Shown here: one piece after another, positions 1 through 12,537 of the stretch
Layout: every line of letters starts with the position of its first letter
Position numbering within the stretch: position 1 is the stretch's first letter
From: the human T2T-CHM13v2.0 reference genome, Homo sapiens
Assembly: GCA_009914755.4 (NCBI GenBank)
Contig: CP086569.2
Location: 26,848,001-26,912,000 of the forward strand
Direction: 5' to 3'
DNA: 64,000 bases
Position numbers and translations under genes: made by a program
Notes under the pieces: generated by a model
Told to the model about the DNA's origin: nothing
Seen by the model: the letters and a program-made list of their open reading frames with translations, nothing else
The model's database searches: none

Positions 1-2785
1 ATATTTATAAACTAATGAAATACTTGAAGCCAATTCATGAAGTATTATGACCAAAGTTTCCACAATAAAGATGCTATCTCAGTATCTTCCTGTTCCTATA
101 ACACAATACCTTAGACTGGGTAAGTTATGAAACCAGAAATATGTTTCTTACAGTTTTAGAGGTTGGGAAGCCCAAGGTAAAGGCACTGGCAGGTTCAATG
201 CCTGGCGTAGGCCTAGTTTCTGCTTCCAAGATGGTATCTTGTTGCTGTGTTCTCCAGAGAGGACAAATAAAGTATCCTTAAATGGTGGAAGGGCAAAAGG
301 GCCCAGTTATTTCCATTAAGCCCTTTTATAGGGTTGCTAATTGCACTCTTAATTGCCTCCAGAAGCCCCCACCTTTTAATTCTATCACACTGGAGGGTTT
401 AACTTCCAACATATGAACTCTGGAGGGACACACACATTCAAACCACAGGTATTAAATGTAAAGATCAGAGGCAATATTGTACTATTCATAAAGCCTAGGA
501 ATTTCTGTGTGTTTTTATGTTCCGGGAGAAAACTGAAATGTGCCGGCAAAAGATGACCTCATTTTACAGATGGCAGTCCTTCACTGGAGAGGAAAGAAAA
601 TAGCTTAATCTTTAAAGAGTAGGCCTGGAGTTAATCAATATGATAGGTTATACTCATTTAAAATTTAGGAAATATAAGCTTAGAAAAACAGCTCTTTTTA
701 GTGTAATGAATGAGAAATTCTGTGACTGGAGAAGCTGTCGAACATCTTCATTGATTCCAGAATCATCTTCTCTAAAACAGATGGGCATGAAAGCACAAAA
801 TACACAAACACATTTATAAAACATTTTAAGTGTTTAAAAATGCAGTACTATAATTCCATCGTGTATGCCAGTGAACTAATTTTTAAAATTGGAATCATTG
901 CTATCATCAATGGAAAACAAATAGGTCATCTCAATGAAGGAAGTGATTAATTTCCCTCAAGTGTCCTGTGCTTCAGATTTGAATTAACCAGGAATCTAAG
1001 GAACATTCATATGTTGCTGTAATTCAAGCAAGACTTAGCAGGTCTATTAATTGGACAGATAAATTTATCTGCTAGGCCAGAATCAGAATATAGAAGGGAA
1101 GCAGAGAACCAGAGGAAGGAGGGAGGCAATGTATGCCCCTGGAAGCAACCTTGGACTGGCAGCCACCTTCACTGTTTGGTTCTTCTACAGCCAACTAGCT
1201 GACATTGACAGCCTCTTATTTCAGCTCTTTTTTAAATTTATTATTATTCTTAATTTTTTGTTTGTGTTGAAACTGAGTCTTGCAAATGGACGGCAGCCCT
1301 TCTTAGAGTTTCAGCGATTACTCTGATGTGGATCCTTTCCATATCTTTTACTCCACTCCTGATCTCTATACCTAGCCTCCCATCCACATTTCTGATAGTT
1401 TCTTTCCATACACATGTAGAAACTCCACAGCACCAGCTTCATCCCAGGAGTGATCATCCCAGTCCTTCGCTCATGAGCCATCTTCCATCCACCCAGTAAC
1501 TAGCCCTGGCACATTCACACTCTCTGTCCTGTGGCTGCAAGAGGGGTCTTCCTCATCATCTGCCTGGAATACTGAAACAGCCCTGTCAAGGCTCTCTGTG
1601 AATTCAGTCTCTGCCTGCGAGAAACCTGTGGTCATCTGCACCAGGCATTCCCTGAGGGGAAGATTGTATCTCATGTACAGTGTCTCTGCTCTGGTAGAGT
1701 CCAATGCCATGGTATTCTGGGCTCTGATAATCTGCCTTTTTCTTTCCAGATTGATTTCACATAACACCACCAACATTGTACTACAAATGTTTCATCTGTA
1801 CCAACCCATTTTCTGGGGTCTGACTATGGCTGTAGCTTCCTTGCTTGGCATTTGCCTTCACTATCTCCTCAGCTGGTGACATTTCCATTCTGTCATAAAG
1901 GGTGATATGCTGTTGGAGACCAAACTGAAATTCCAACTCTTCCTTATTTCTGAAGTGAAAAGTAATCACTCCAGCACATTAATTGTGCAATATCTTGTAC
2001 CTGCTTCTTGAAAATATACACATACTTGTTTCTTCTGTTTCTATCTCTTCCAGGGAAGGCCCATATTTCAACAAATTGTCTGTTCCCTCTGCATCATGGC
2101 ACGGGTCCCTACATCTCAAATGTTTAAATAGACCTCATTCTCAGAAACAATTATGCTGACCTTTCTCTTCCAGTTCTACCCATAACCTATTTTTTTATGA
2201 GTAAGCAATGCAAATATACAGAAGAATTTATAGGTTCACCAGAGGGTCATGAACCTTTTTGCTCTGCCTTGTTCTAAAGTCATCAGCAGGGACTGAGTTA
2301 GTTTCAAAAACAGGAGAAAAGCAACACAGTTTTTTCTCTGTCTCCACCCACCATCTCTTCTCAATCCTTCTCATGAAATTAAAATACCTTAAGAGACAGT
2401 TAATCATTTCTGCAAGTAGAAAGGCAACTTTCTGTGTGCTAGAAGAACAAGAAGAAAAAAGTTACTTATAAATGAGATTGCTTTCTTATATGAAATAGTA
2501 ATTTCAAGATAGTAATATTATTTAAGCACCTCTTTATTAAGGAAGAAAGGAAGCAAAACTACTTCACTGCTCTGGTTTATATTTTGTACCTACGTGGTGG
2601 AATACTGAAACCTCTTTGGACACAACGGAAAGAAATGAAGTATGTCCATTGTGCCCCTTGCATCAGAGAGAGCATATTTCAGCCTTTTCAATTTCCATTG
2701 AGGCTAGAAGAAGTGAAATGATGAATATAAAAAATTCTCAGTAACACCAATGTTACTCACTATGCTGCTTAATAATGTTTTTTTA

Positions 2786-2786
<1 letters not shown>

Positions 2787-2831
<45 letters not shown>

Positions 2832-2832
2832 G
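2787..2832. repeat. (ATT)n microsatellite (degenerated A-rich tail of the adjacent minus-strand Alu)
   Basis: 'attattattatt...' x ~15, directly abutting the Alu body. Confidence 0.9.
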
Positions 2833-3084
2833 AATCTCACTCTTTCACCTAGGCTGGAGTGCAGTTGAGCAGTCAGCTTAATGCAACCTCCACCCCCTGG
2901 GTTCAATTGATTCTCCTTCCTCAGCCTCACAAGTAGGTGGGATTACAAGCCCATGACACCATGCCTGGCTAATTTTTGTATTTTTAGTAGAGATGGTGTT
3001 TCACCACGTTAGCCAGGATGGTCTCAATCTCCTGACCTCATGATGCACTCATCTCAGCCTCCAAAAGAGCCACTGCACCCAGTA
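2833..3084 (-). mobile_element. Alu (minus strand), present in copy A only
   Basis: Reverse-complement Alu body 'ggctggagtgcag...cctcagcctc...ggattacaag...' ; the paralogous position in copy B (~23745) has no Alu. Confidence 0.9.
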
Positions 3085-3707
3085 AATAATTTCTAAATCC
3101 AGTATTATAATCTACATTCCACCTCAGAGGCAGAACACCAAGTTATTCAGTTGAATTCCTTTATCTTATTACCTTGTTTCAGTCCCTTTCCCAGGTCTGT
3201 GACAAATGGCTGCCGGTCAAAACTCCCTCTTGTAGCCATGGCCCCTACTCATCTGCTTCAGCCCAACTCTACTACAGTCTTGGGTAATGGTTTGCTGACC
3301 ATCTGCCTCAGTGTCTAGAAATTCAGGATGACACGAGCTTGGTTTGATTCACTGTTGTATGATCAGCCCCAAGGAAACTGCCCAGCAGAGACAGGCTCTA
3401 GATCAGGTCTTACAGAGTGGTTTCCAAAACGCATTTATTCTGGAATAAGCAAAATCAAACTTCTCAAAATCCCTTGCCTCTTTAAGTAATTCTATATGTT
3501 ACTGAATGCCATGACTATACCCAAGAAACTGCTAACCAGACATTTTGGAAATATTTTTAAGATGTATTTCCAATGTTTGGGAGGGAGTAAGAGGTGGCTT
3601 TCCTTGAGAAAATTACTTTCATATTTGAGGATGAAATACTTTGGTCCCAAAAGAAAAGAGCCTGGCTGTTTGCTCATCCCTGAAACAAAGGACAAAGCTC
3701 CCACTCT

Positions 3708-4232
3708 TGTGGGAATTAAGGGACAGGAGAGACCAATGGGTGGAACAGGAGGATTTTATTGGGCGTACGTTGACTTAGCGGAATAACATTTAAAGACTGA
3801 GCCCTGAACAAAGATAGGGCTTGACTTTCATACATGCAACTGAAGAGGGTTGGCAGCTAATGGCATGAAATCTGCAGGATGGGCAAGCAAGCTTATAGGA
3901 GTAGAATGAAGAGAGTTTTTAAAAAAAAGTGACAGGTGTTATAACTCAGGCATGTATCATGACTTTCAATAATATATGGATGGGAAAACAGAAACCTACA
4001 AAATTTTTGTCAACTTCCAGAAGTAGTTATAAAAGTATATGTGAGAGCACATCAAAGAATAATGGTATTGGGTGAGAGTACTAGAGAGGGGAAACAGATA
4101 AGAACGTGTTATTTTCACTCCTGCTCCTGGAACCCATTCTTTACAGGCCCCATCTCTGCTGATAGTGCTATCAGAGCCCCAACAGGGCCTGGCTTATCCC
4201 TGGGTTTTTGGAGTGAGTCAGCTCAGTACACA
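3708..4232 (-). mobile_element. ERV1 3' LTR (~525 bp; begins TG, ends CA)
   Basis: Start 'tgtgggaattaagg...' is homologous to the 5'-LTR remnant at 12414 and to the ERV2 LTR starts. End '...cagctcagtacaca' is homologous to the ERV2 LTR end '...gatagctacaca'. It is followed by a pyrimidine run (4238-4255), the reverse complement of a polypurine tract (PPT). Confidence 0.75.
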
Positions 4233-4429
4233 GAATATGTTTTTTTTTTTTAACATTCCCTGTTTCATTTCCACCTTTCATGCTTTTTGTAAATGAGGAT
4301 TAATAGAGAGAATCACCTAGTAATTCTTCAAGGGGGAGCAGTTCCCTATTTGGCAGGGGTTGATGTTTAGTTAGAGCCATTAGTTGAGTAGTCGTGTGTT
4401 TGTTTACAAGAGCCTCTATGGCTGCTTGA

Positions 4430-7000
4430 ATGTTTTTAACAAGGAGGGTAAGAGACAAATTAGAACAAGGCAGAATCCTAGTATGGCTAGAACTATTTTT
4501 ACTAAGATCTTAAATTCTTCAAAGGATGAAAATAAGCCCCCAAAGAGGGAAACTGGAGACTACCCTTTAAAAGGCTGGACTGTAACATGGGCCAATTTTT
4601 GGATTTTGGAAGTTGTATTCTTAATGATCTTTCTAGGCAGCATTTAGTTAGATTGAACTTTCCACATACCCTTCCTTCCTGGACTAGGAAGTAGTTTAAA
4701 GACAGTCTATTTCGATGAATAGCATTCTTCATTTTTGTGGCTTGTTGGGCCTGCAGATTTAGGGTCTTTGCAGTGTTATTAGTAATAATTTTCAGCACTG
4801 CCTGTAACCTTATGTTGTGGTAGAATATGTAAATAGGAGTGCAGTATCCCCAAATTCCATTTTCTGTCCAGGTGGCTGAGCCATGGTGTTGGAATTTTTA
4901 GGGGGTCATTAATTGTTTTACCAATTTCTTATGGTTATGTCTTTTGTTTGTTTGTTCTGTATTTGTTTTATAATAGACCGGATACCCTAAAGGTCCTCCC
5001 TGTCCTAAGGCGATTAGAAAGGAGACAGCCTAATTTTTTCCAGTACACTGGCCCCTGACCATTTAGCCAGCAATGGGCAATATGCCCATGGCCCACAGAT
5101 CCAGTAGAGCTCAGAGGGCACCTGACGGGTATTAGGAGCGTTAAGTTGGTACAAAGAATGCTTTAAAGAAGGGAATCAGGAGAATGGGCCTGGTTGGGGC
5201 AGTTTGGAATTATTTTTACCACAACATACAGTTTTTCCTACTGTTTTATTGTAATATTATTGTTCTAGGCAAGTTGACTTTCCTACTGGGCCTGTAAGGT
5301 TTTTCTCCAACAAGAAATGCATAATATTCTGATAATGGAGGTCTTTAAGAATCAGATGCTCTGGCTTGTGAACACAGGTTCAGGGGAAGAGACAGTAAGA
5401 GTGAAGTTATCTTGGGGCATTAGCTTTCTTGCCTCCCATGGCCATTGGTGTCCCATGTTGGTCCAACCACAAACATAGCATGAGGAGATATGTAGGCTGC
5501 TGGCTATGTTTTCAGCCAGTTGAATATACATCAACTGAATAGGCTTCCATATACTTCAACTGAATAGGCTTCTGGCTAAGAGAGAGGGTTCAAACAGTTC
5601 CTGGTTGAAATTTTTACAGAATGATTTTAAAACAGAGTTTTCAGGTGTAACCATCCGAGATTTCTTGATAATATGTAAATAGGCTTTTGAGTCTGTTTTC
5701 TGGCCACTAACTTGTATTCCTAGAGGAGCCTTTAAACTTGTAGCCCATACAGCCAGATACGGTTTTAAGGTACTGAGATTTTCCAGGTAGCAAGTGCTTG
5801 CCTTACAGTTTGTTTTTGCTGTAAGTATGACTCACCCCAGTGATTGCAGGTTACAGGACTGAATTATGCAGTTCCAGCAAATTGTCTCTGAGAAACTGGC
5901 AAAGAAAGCAAGGGGTGAACATATATTTTTGTGGCAACTATTATAGTGCTCTTCAGAATTAGAGATTATGGGAAAGGTTGAGCCCATGGATGTTAACTGG
6001 CATATATTAAAGGATAAGGACATAACTCCCCAATGGGAGGATGAGACCTTGGTTTGGTGTAGCAGGTTTCCTTCTATTGACCCATGAATTTTAAAAGAGG
6101 TCTCAGGTAGGAATTTGGGGTTATAACACATATAAGTCTAGCCATTTCCTGGGTCACAGACTGAGTAGTTTCGTTGTGAGTACAAGTTTCTAGGTGGGTC
6201 CCTGTACACTTTTAATAAGTGTGATATAACAGGGTTTTGGTTATGGTGCTCCCTGACCATATTGTTAGTGCAGTGTGGGCACTCTTCTCTGGTCTCCTTT
6301 TCTGAAACAAATAAGGGGAGTATTATAGTTAGGAGGAAAAGAAGTGGGCTTAGCTTTCCTATTGCCTGGAATAGGAAATAAGTAAAGAGTAACATGTTTA
6401 TACCAGGGAGGAAAAGAAGAAGTTTTTACACAGGGGAGGAGGTTGAGCAAAGTGAGAGAACAATAGTAAAACAATGATTGGATTTAAGATTTTTATCACT
6501 ATTTTATTATATTTTACTCCAGCTTCAAACGTACGTACAGTAGTCAGCTTCCAGGATGACTACAGCAGGGCTGTTGACTCCTCAAGTTTTAGCTGAGAAC
6601 AGACTAGTCAGCTTTCGGAATGACCAGAGTAGGGCTTCATCATTTCTCAGGGCAAATAGGTCATAGGATTAGCCAGCTCAGATGGTCTGGGTCATGTTTG
6701 CTGGTCCACTTGTCTTGGGCTGCAAGTTTTAGTTGACTGTGGTGGATCCAACGCACAATTTCTGCAATGTTAACAGCAGTGGAAGTGGACAAGGTTGCAG
6801 GATGGGGCCCATCCCATATGGGTTCTAGAGTGGTTGGATTTTATTTCTGACCTACACAGAGTCCCCAGGTCTAAAGTGGTGTGCTGTGTTTGTTGGGCTT
6901 ATGGACAATCTTTCCCATACCCAGCCATGGACCTCTTGCATGGCTCTCTTTAACGCCTGCCTTTGCCTTCTTAAAGTTAATTCCCTAGTTTGCAAAGTTC
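4430..7000 (-). pseudogene. ERV1 env (SU+TM), disrupted by stops and frameshifts
   Basis: ORF 4502..4798(-) carries the TM immunosuppressive-domain-like motif. ORF 6138..6395(-) carries 'NYSVCDPGNG' (SU). No single intact frame. Confidence 0.65.
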
Positions 7001-9995
7001 ACCCCTAATTTGAGCTATGATTGGGGATGGCCAGTGGAAAATAGTCCCTGAACTGTCTCGGTCACAAATTTCAGTCCATTTTCTGACCCTAGAGTTAGAG
7101 GCATTCTCAATCTGGGGATATCGTCTCTTAACAGTACTTCTGTTACTTCTCATGATTTCTCTGTTAGGGTGGGGAAAGCCTCAACTCATCCTGAAAAGGT
7201 ACAGAAAATCACCAGTATGTACTTACAGCCCACTGATTGGGGCATCTCAGTGAAGTTTCTAAGAAGGTTTTCACAGGGTGTGGCTCCCATTTCCTGAATT
7301 CCCAGGGGCCAAGTGGGCCCTTGTCATGGAATGTTCTGGGCACAAGTTAGACATTGTTTGCAGACAGATCAAGTGATGACAGTGAGCTGTGGCACATAGA
7401 AATGGTGTCCTAGCAGTGTTTTCAGTGACATTTTTCCCATGTGGGTTCCTTGATGGAATTGTTTTACAAATTTTGGGGCCAGCATTTCGTGGTTGGCTAG
7501 CCTCCTATTGGAGAATTTTCACCGTCCCTTTTTATATATTTTCCAGACCCTTGGGAAAAGCAGAGCTTCTCATTTGGAGGTAACTTGAAACCTCTGAGAG
7601 GTGCATATTTGGGAGGAGAGTCAGCTATGGCTGTCTGTCTGTCTATGGGTAGTCATTGCTGCCCCTTTTGCATACCTGTCTACCTTTTTGTTCCTTTTGG
7701 CCTCCAGTGATCCTGGCTTTTGGTGCCCCTTGCAGTGCATAGCAGCTGTCTTCTTTGGAGTCCATACAGCATCTAAGAGTTGCAGAATTTTTTCTTTGTA
7801 CTTTTTTTTCTTTTTGGCCCACCGCAGTTAAGAATCCTTTTTCTTTATATATAGCCCCATTATCAGGCAGCGTGGCAAAAGTATACTTGGAATCAGTATA
7901 AACATTGGCCATTTTACGTTTTGTCAGCAGAACGCTCTCATTAGGGCTATTAGCTCTGCCTTTTGGGCTGATGTTCTGGTGGGCTGAGCTTCTACCACTG
8001 AATCTAATGTTATCACTGCATACCCAGTTTCACGGACCCCTTTCAGTATATAGTATTTACCATCTGGGTCCCAGAGGGGTTGCTCTATAAGGTCTTTCTG
8101 GCTTGAGAATACATCATCTACTGTTTCCACAGAGTCATGAAGGAGGACCCCTGGTTTGACTGGGACTAAGGTAGCCAGGTTAAGGGTGTTTATTATTTCC
8201 AAAGTTATGTCGGGATTTTTGCATATGAGCCCCTGGTACTGAGTCACTCTTGGATTTGATAACTAATAGTGCGCTGTCTAATCCATTAAAGTTAGAACTG
8301 ACTGTGGTATACCCAGATGGTCAGCTGTTGTCTTAGAGCTAGTTTTCTATCTTGTTGTTCCAATAGGGTGGTGTCAGCTAGTGCCCTAAGGCAAGGAGGC
8401 TATGCTAGGGCCAAGGAGTTCAATTGTGTGGATAAGTACATCACCGGGCGAATTCATGATTTCACAACTTGGGTCAGGACACCTATAGCCAATCCCTTTT
8501 ATTCATGGACATGTGGAAAGAAAGGCTTACTTATATTTGGCAGTCCTATGGCTTGGGCCTGTGTTAAGGCTTCTTTGGCTTGTTTAAACACCTTCTTTTC
8601 CTGGACAGCCTCTCAAAGGAGGGGTTTCCTTTCCCCTCTCTTTGTGCCTTTATATAAGGGCTTGGCAATTAGTGAGAAATTTGGGACCCAGATACAGCAG
8701 AACCCTGCATTCCCCAAGAATTTTCCCATTTGGCACTGGGTGGTTTGAGTTGAGAGTGCATAAAGACATGGCTTTTGCTCACTGCTGAGCTGGTGTTCCC
8801 ATTGGCTTACTATGAAGTCCAGATATTTGACACTTTCTTGGCAAATTTGGCCTTCTTTCTGAATACGTTATAACCAGTTTTCCATAAAGGAGATGGAGGA
8901 AGTCTTGGATTCCTTGGTATCTGCCCCCTGGGGTTGGGGCTGCTAGGAGAAGGTCGTTTATGTATTGTAGCAAGGTGTAGTTGTCATTTGGTGTGGTGAA
9001 GGCCTTGATGTCTGAGGCCAGTGTGTCTCCAAAGATTGTAGGAGTGTTTTTGAATCTTTGTGGGAGTCTAGTCCATGTGAGCTGCTCCCCTGTGCCTGTG
9101 ACTCAATCGTCCCATTGAAATGCAAAGATGGGCTGACTAATTGGTGCCAGGCACAGATAGAAGAAAATATTCTTTAAGTCTAGTCAAGTAAATCAGGCAG
9201 CACTTGCCAGAATGAATCTTATTAGCATGTACGGATTTGGTATCACCAGGTGGAAGGTTACAGTAGCCTGGTTCATTTCATGTAAGTTTTGCACTGGTTT
9301 AGATTTACCAGACTCTGTATTTTGTTTTGGTAGCAGTGGAGTGTTCCAGGGTGACTCACACCAGACTACCAGACTAAGATTCTGTGTTTGAAGGGTCACT
9401 TTAAATGTTTGTGAATACCCCGCGTGTCTTCTCAGAGAAATAGGTATTGGTGAACCTGAACTGGAGTTGCTCCTGGTTTTAGCTTTACTATTATCAGTGC
9501 CTGATTTACAGCCTTTACAGCCAGGCTCAGTGGGTTATTGTTAGCCCATACTCCAAAAATTTTACCCAGTAGTGTAAACACTTTCTCCAGCCCTGGCTTA
9601 TGAGACAGTTCTGGTGACTGTTTTGTCTATACTCTTCATTCCTCAGCCTGCAGAATAATGAGGGTTAACACCATGACCTTTGGGTGAGTTAGGCTTAAAG
9701 TTATATCCTCGTGTGGCCCAAAAGAAATCTGTGCTGTCAGTTTCTGGAGCAGATCTCTTCCATGTAGGGGATCTGAGCAACTTGGGAGGTATAGGAATTC
9801 ATGTTGGACTTCTTGTCCCTCTATGACATACCTTCTAGGCCAGCAAGATGGCCTCCTTTCTGGATCCCTTGTAGCCCCAATAATAGTTGTATCATGTTTA
9901 GATAGTGGCCCTATGGGCTGTGTCACTACTGAGTGTTTAGAGCTGGTGTTCACCATAAAGTCCATCTGTTGCTCCCCTACTTCTACTGTGATCAT
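7000..9995 (-). pseudogene. ERV1 pro-pol (protease, RT, RNase H, integrase N-terminus), fragmented
   Basis: ORF 9636..9995(-) 'TTIIGATRDP...LHGRDLL' (protease). ORF 8779..8973(-) 'LQYINDLLLAA' (RT YXDD box, YIND here). ORF 7924..8247(-) '...TSAQKAELIALMRA' (RNase H). ORF 7643..7912(-) 'VYTDSKYTFAT...' (RNase H end into integrase). Confidence 0.8.
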
Positions 9996-9999
9996 GGGC

Positions 10000-11740
10000 T
10001 CCTGGGGACTTGGGAGATGGAGCCCGGTCTTGCATAGTCTTCCTATTTTTCGGTCTCTGCCAGCCCAATTAAGTTGATGCCTGGCTCCCTCATGGTGTGG
10101 TGGTCCTTGGCTGGCTGTTTGATAGTTTTGTGTCCTCTGTTATTTCTTTTACTACCCTCTAAACACTTATTTTTCCAGGGACCCCCTTTTTTTGCAGTGC
10201 AAATATTGATCTCTATCTAGTCTCAGCTGACTTTTGGGTCTCTGCCCTGCTTGGCCCCTTCCACATCTGAGTCTGCATCTGCATCTGCTTGTGATGATAG
10301 CTTCCCTTTCCATGAGGGCTGCCACTAGTAGATCGGCCTTCTTCCTGAGTCTCCAATCAGCCTCACTTTGTGCTTTCTGGTCACAGTTAACATACACCTT
10401 CGTGGCCAATTCTGAAAGCTGGGTGGCATTCATGCCTGCAAAACCATCTAGCTTTTGCACTTTTCATCTTATGTCCCCCTGGGCTTGTCCTACAAATGCT
10501 GCATTTACTATCTGCTGGTTCTTATCCTTGGGGTCAAATGGAGTGTAAAGCCAGAATGCCTCAAACAGTTTCTAATAAAACTTGCTAGGGCTCTCGTCAG
10601 TTTCTTGAAGCACTTCTGAGATTTTTTCTATATTGATTACCTGTTTTCTGCCTTCCTTTAGCCTTTGCAAGAGTGGTTTTCAGTATGCCTGCAGATGCTG
10701 AAACTGGTCAAATCATCTGGGTCCCAGTGGGAGTGTGCTTCTGGGAACTGGACCTGAGAGTATGCCTGGAAATTAAATGTGCCTTCTGGCACATGGGCTT
10801 CTGGCCAGTTGAGGGCTGAATGAGCCATCCTTCCATGCTCTTTGGTGTTAAACAGCATCAGGAGAAGATGTTTACTATCTGGACAAATTGAATTATGTGT
10901 CTGGAAAATGGACTGTATCAGATCTATGAGGGCCAGGGGCTTCTTCATGTAGGAGAGAATATGGTGTTTCCAGTTAGGGGATCAGTGATTGAAATAGGCT
11001 GGTAGATAAGGGTCCATTTCCCCCCTTACGTATGGCCATATTCATCAAAGTAGAGGCCTCCCCAAGTCTCCTTGAAAGGCATCTGCAGAACCAGGGCATG
11101 GCCATAGCAGAGGCAGCTCACTTGATTATTCTGACACTCCTCCTTGACCTCCTGGGGCAGGGGCTCTGATTTCTCCCTTTGGGGTGAAACCCAGGGTGTG
11201 TCACCATCTGAATTTGACTCCTCATGGGCCATTGGCCTTGGTAAAAGGGGGCTAATTGGGGTATAGGGAGGAGGGATTTCTGTCTCTTCTGGTGGTTTCC
11301 ACAAAGCCAGTTTTTCTTGCCCTTCTTATGGCTTTCCCTTTTTCTCCATTGCTGCTGGTGAAGCTGATTCCTCTTTCACTTTAGGCTCAGCTTGAGCAAC
11401 AAGCGTTTTGCAGTAAGCCATCAGGAAAGACTGTAGCCATGCTGGTTGGGATGATATTTAGCCATAAGTCAATATAAAAAAATTGGTCTGGATACCCTGG
11501 CTATTCTCTGACCCCAGTCACCACTTGATGTGCATGGTCAATTATTCCCCATCTATTGTTCCTTCAGCTGGCCACCCAACACTAAAATAGGGCTTCTCTA
11601 TTTTACAAAGACTCTTTTACCTCTGGGGAGTCGACTTGATACTACAATTCCCAGTGTAACATTTCTTAAACTTTTTAACGTGTATTCTAATATGGTGGGT
11701 TTTGACAACTTCCCTCACATCTCCTCCCAGTTATAGTGTC
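10000..11740 (-). pseudogene. ERV1 gag (MA / p12 with PPPY late domain / CA / NC Cys-His box), fragmented
   Basis: ORF 11026..11304(-) 'PPPYTPISPLLP' (L-domain). ORF 10658..10948(-) capsid-like. ORF 10167..10460(-) 'RDQYLHCKKRG' zinc-knuckle-like. Confidence 0.7.
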
Positions 11741-12390
11741 ATACACTTACTCTTTTACTTTTGCTTCAGAATGATTAGACCACCTCTCCTGTGGGAGTAT
11801 TTCAGATGATGCTTAGCTTTAATGGATGGTTTGTATAACCCCTGAACCCAGACCACCACAATCACTAAATTGTGTGGTGCCTGACTAAGCCATATGTGGT
11901 AGTTCCGGAGGACATATGCCAGTAATCCTGGTTGGTCCCACACTTCACTTGGGACATATGGTCTATGCTAAGAGACTTGCAGCCCCACATACATCGCCCT
12001 ACTCTTGCACATGCATTCACACAGTTTCCACTCTCAGTTCCTCTTCAGAGGTTATGGTGTAGGTTTCATCTGAATTAGAGAGCAAATCTTGTGTCCTGAT
12101 TTGGATAACTAGATACGCACTGGGAGGTGATCAGACTCCCATTCCATCTTTATGGTATGGGTCCTTCCTTGGGCCCCAAACCTTCCCATGGTTCAGCAGC
12201 ATGCTGTCCCTGGAATTGTCCTGTAGCCCCTTAAGTTCCATTGTGCTTTCGGGGGGTGCACAGGGTCACAGGACATCTGGCCTCTCTTTCAGGTTGAAGT
12301 TCTTCTGATGGTGCACCTGGGGTCACAGGTCTTTCCTGGCCTGGAGCTCCAGTCTGACAGGCAAAAGAAACAGCATACCTGTTGTCTCCA

Positions 12391-12408
12391 ATCCTGGATG
12401 AGCTCCCA
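12391..12408 (-). promoter_or_regulatory. ERV1 primer-binding site (read on + strand as a tRNA 3' end: 'atcctggatgagctccca'), tRNA-Arg-like
   Basis: Has the shape of a tRNA 3' end (T-stem, acceptor stem, discriminator, CCA). It is separated by 'gaaaa' from the LTR start 'tgttgcagg' at 12414. It is positionally equivalent to the ERV2 PBS, which matches tRNA-Arg at 16/18. Confidence 0.55.
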
Positions 12409-12413
12409 GAAAA

Positions 12414-12537
12414 TGTTGCAGGAATTAAGGAATAGTAGAGACCAGTGGGTGGAAAAGAAGAATTGTATTGTGTGCACCCTGATTTAACAGATTAACATTT
12501 AAACACTGAGCCCCAAACAAAGACAGGGCTTGACTTT
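12414..12537 (-). mobile_element. ERV1 5' LTR remnant (only ~120 bp, the PBS-proximal end; the rest is deleted)
   Basis: 12414-12537 is homologous to 3708-3835; homology stops abruptly at 12537. Confidence 0.65.

Larger units (their letters stand above)
1..3707. repeat. Paralogous block copy A (about 80% identical to 18950-24340); left boundary lies outside the window
   Basis: Long collinear matches by eye, e.g. 1-700 vs 18950-19700, 840-1210 vs 20810-21180, 1290-2780 vs 22165-23740, 3085-3700 vs 23760-24340. Copy A contains an interspersed-repeat-like segment (~130-480; motif 'ttttagaggttgggaagcccaaggtaaagg...') that also appears in copy B at ~19090-19420. Confidence 0.8.
3708..12537 (-). 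mobile_element. ERV1: class I (gammaretrovirus-like) endogenous retrovirus provirus, minus orientation, order LTR-env-pol-pro-gag-PBS-(truncated LTR) on the + strand
   Basis: Minus-strand ORFs with gag (PPPY, zinc knuckle), protease, RT (YIDD-type box), RNase H ('TSAQKAELIAL'), and env SU ('CDPGN') / TM (immunosuppressive-like '[25 protein letters not shown]'). LTR homology at both ends. PBS at 12391-12408. Confidence 0.85.

Noticed and set aside
3496-3786. ORF conserved between the two paralog blocks (3496..3786 and 24130..24495, 'M..KKLLTR.FGN...')
   Set aside because: The conservation is explained by the ~80% nucleotide identity of the blocks. The frames differ in length, end in unrelated tails and have no recognisable domain. 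This is not evidence of coding.
8317-8748. 143-aa plus-strand ORF inside ERV1
   Set aside because: It lies antisense to the retroviral pol reading frames, has no recognisable domain and has Cys/Ser-rich low-complexity composition. It is a chance ORF on the opposite strand of a provirus.
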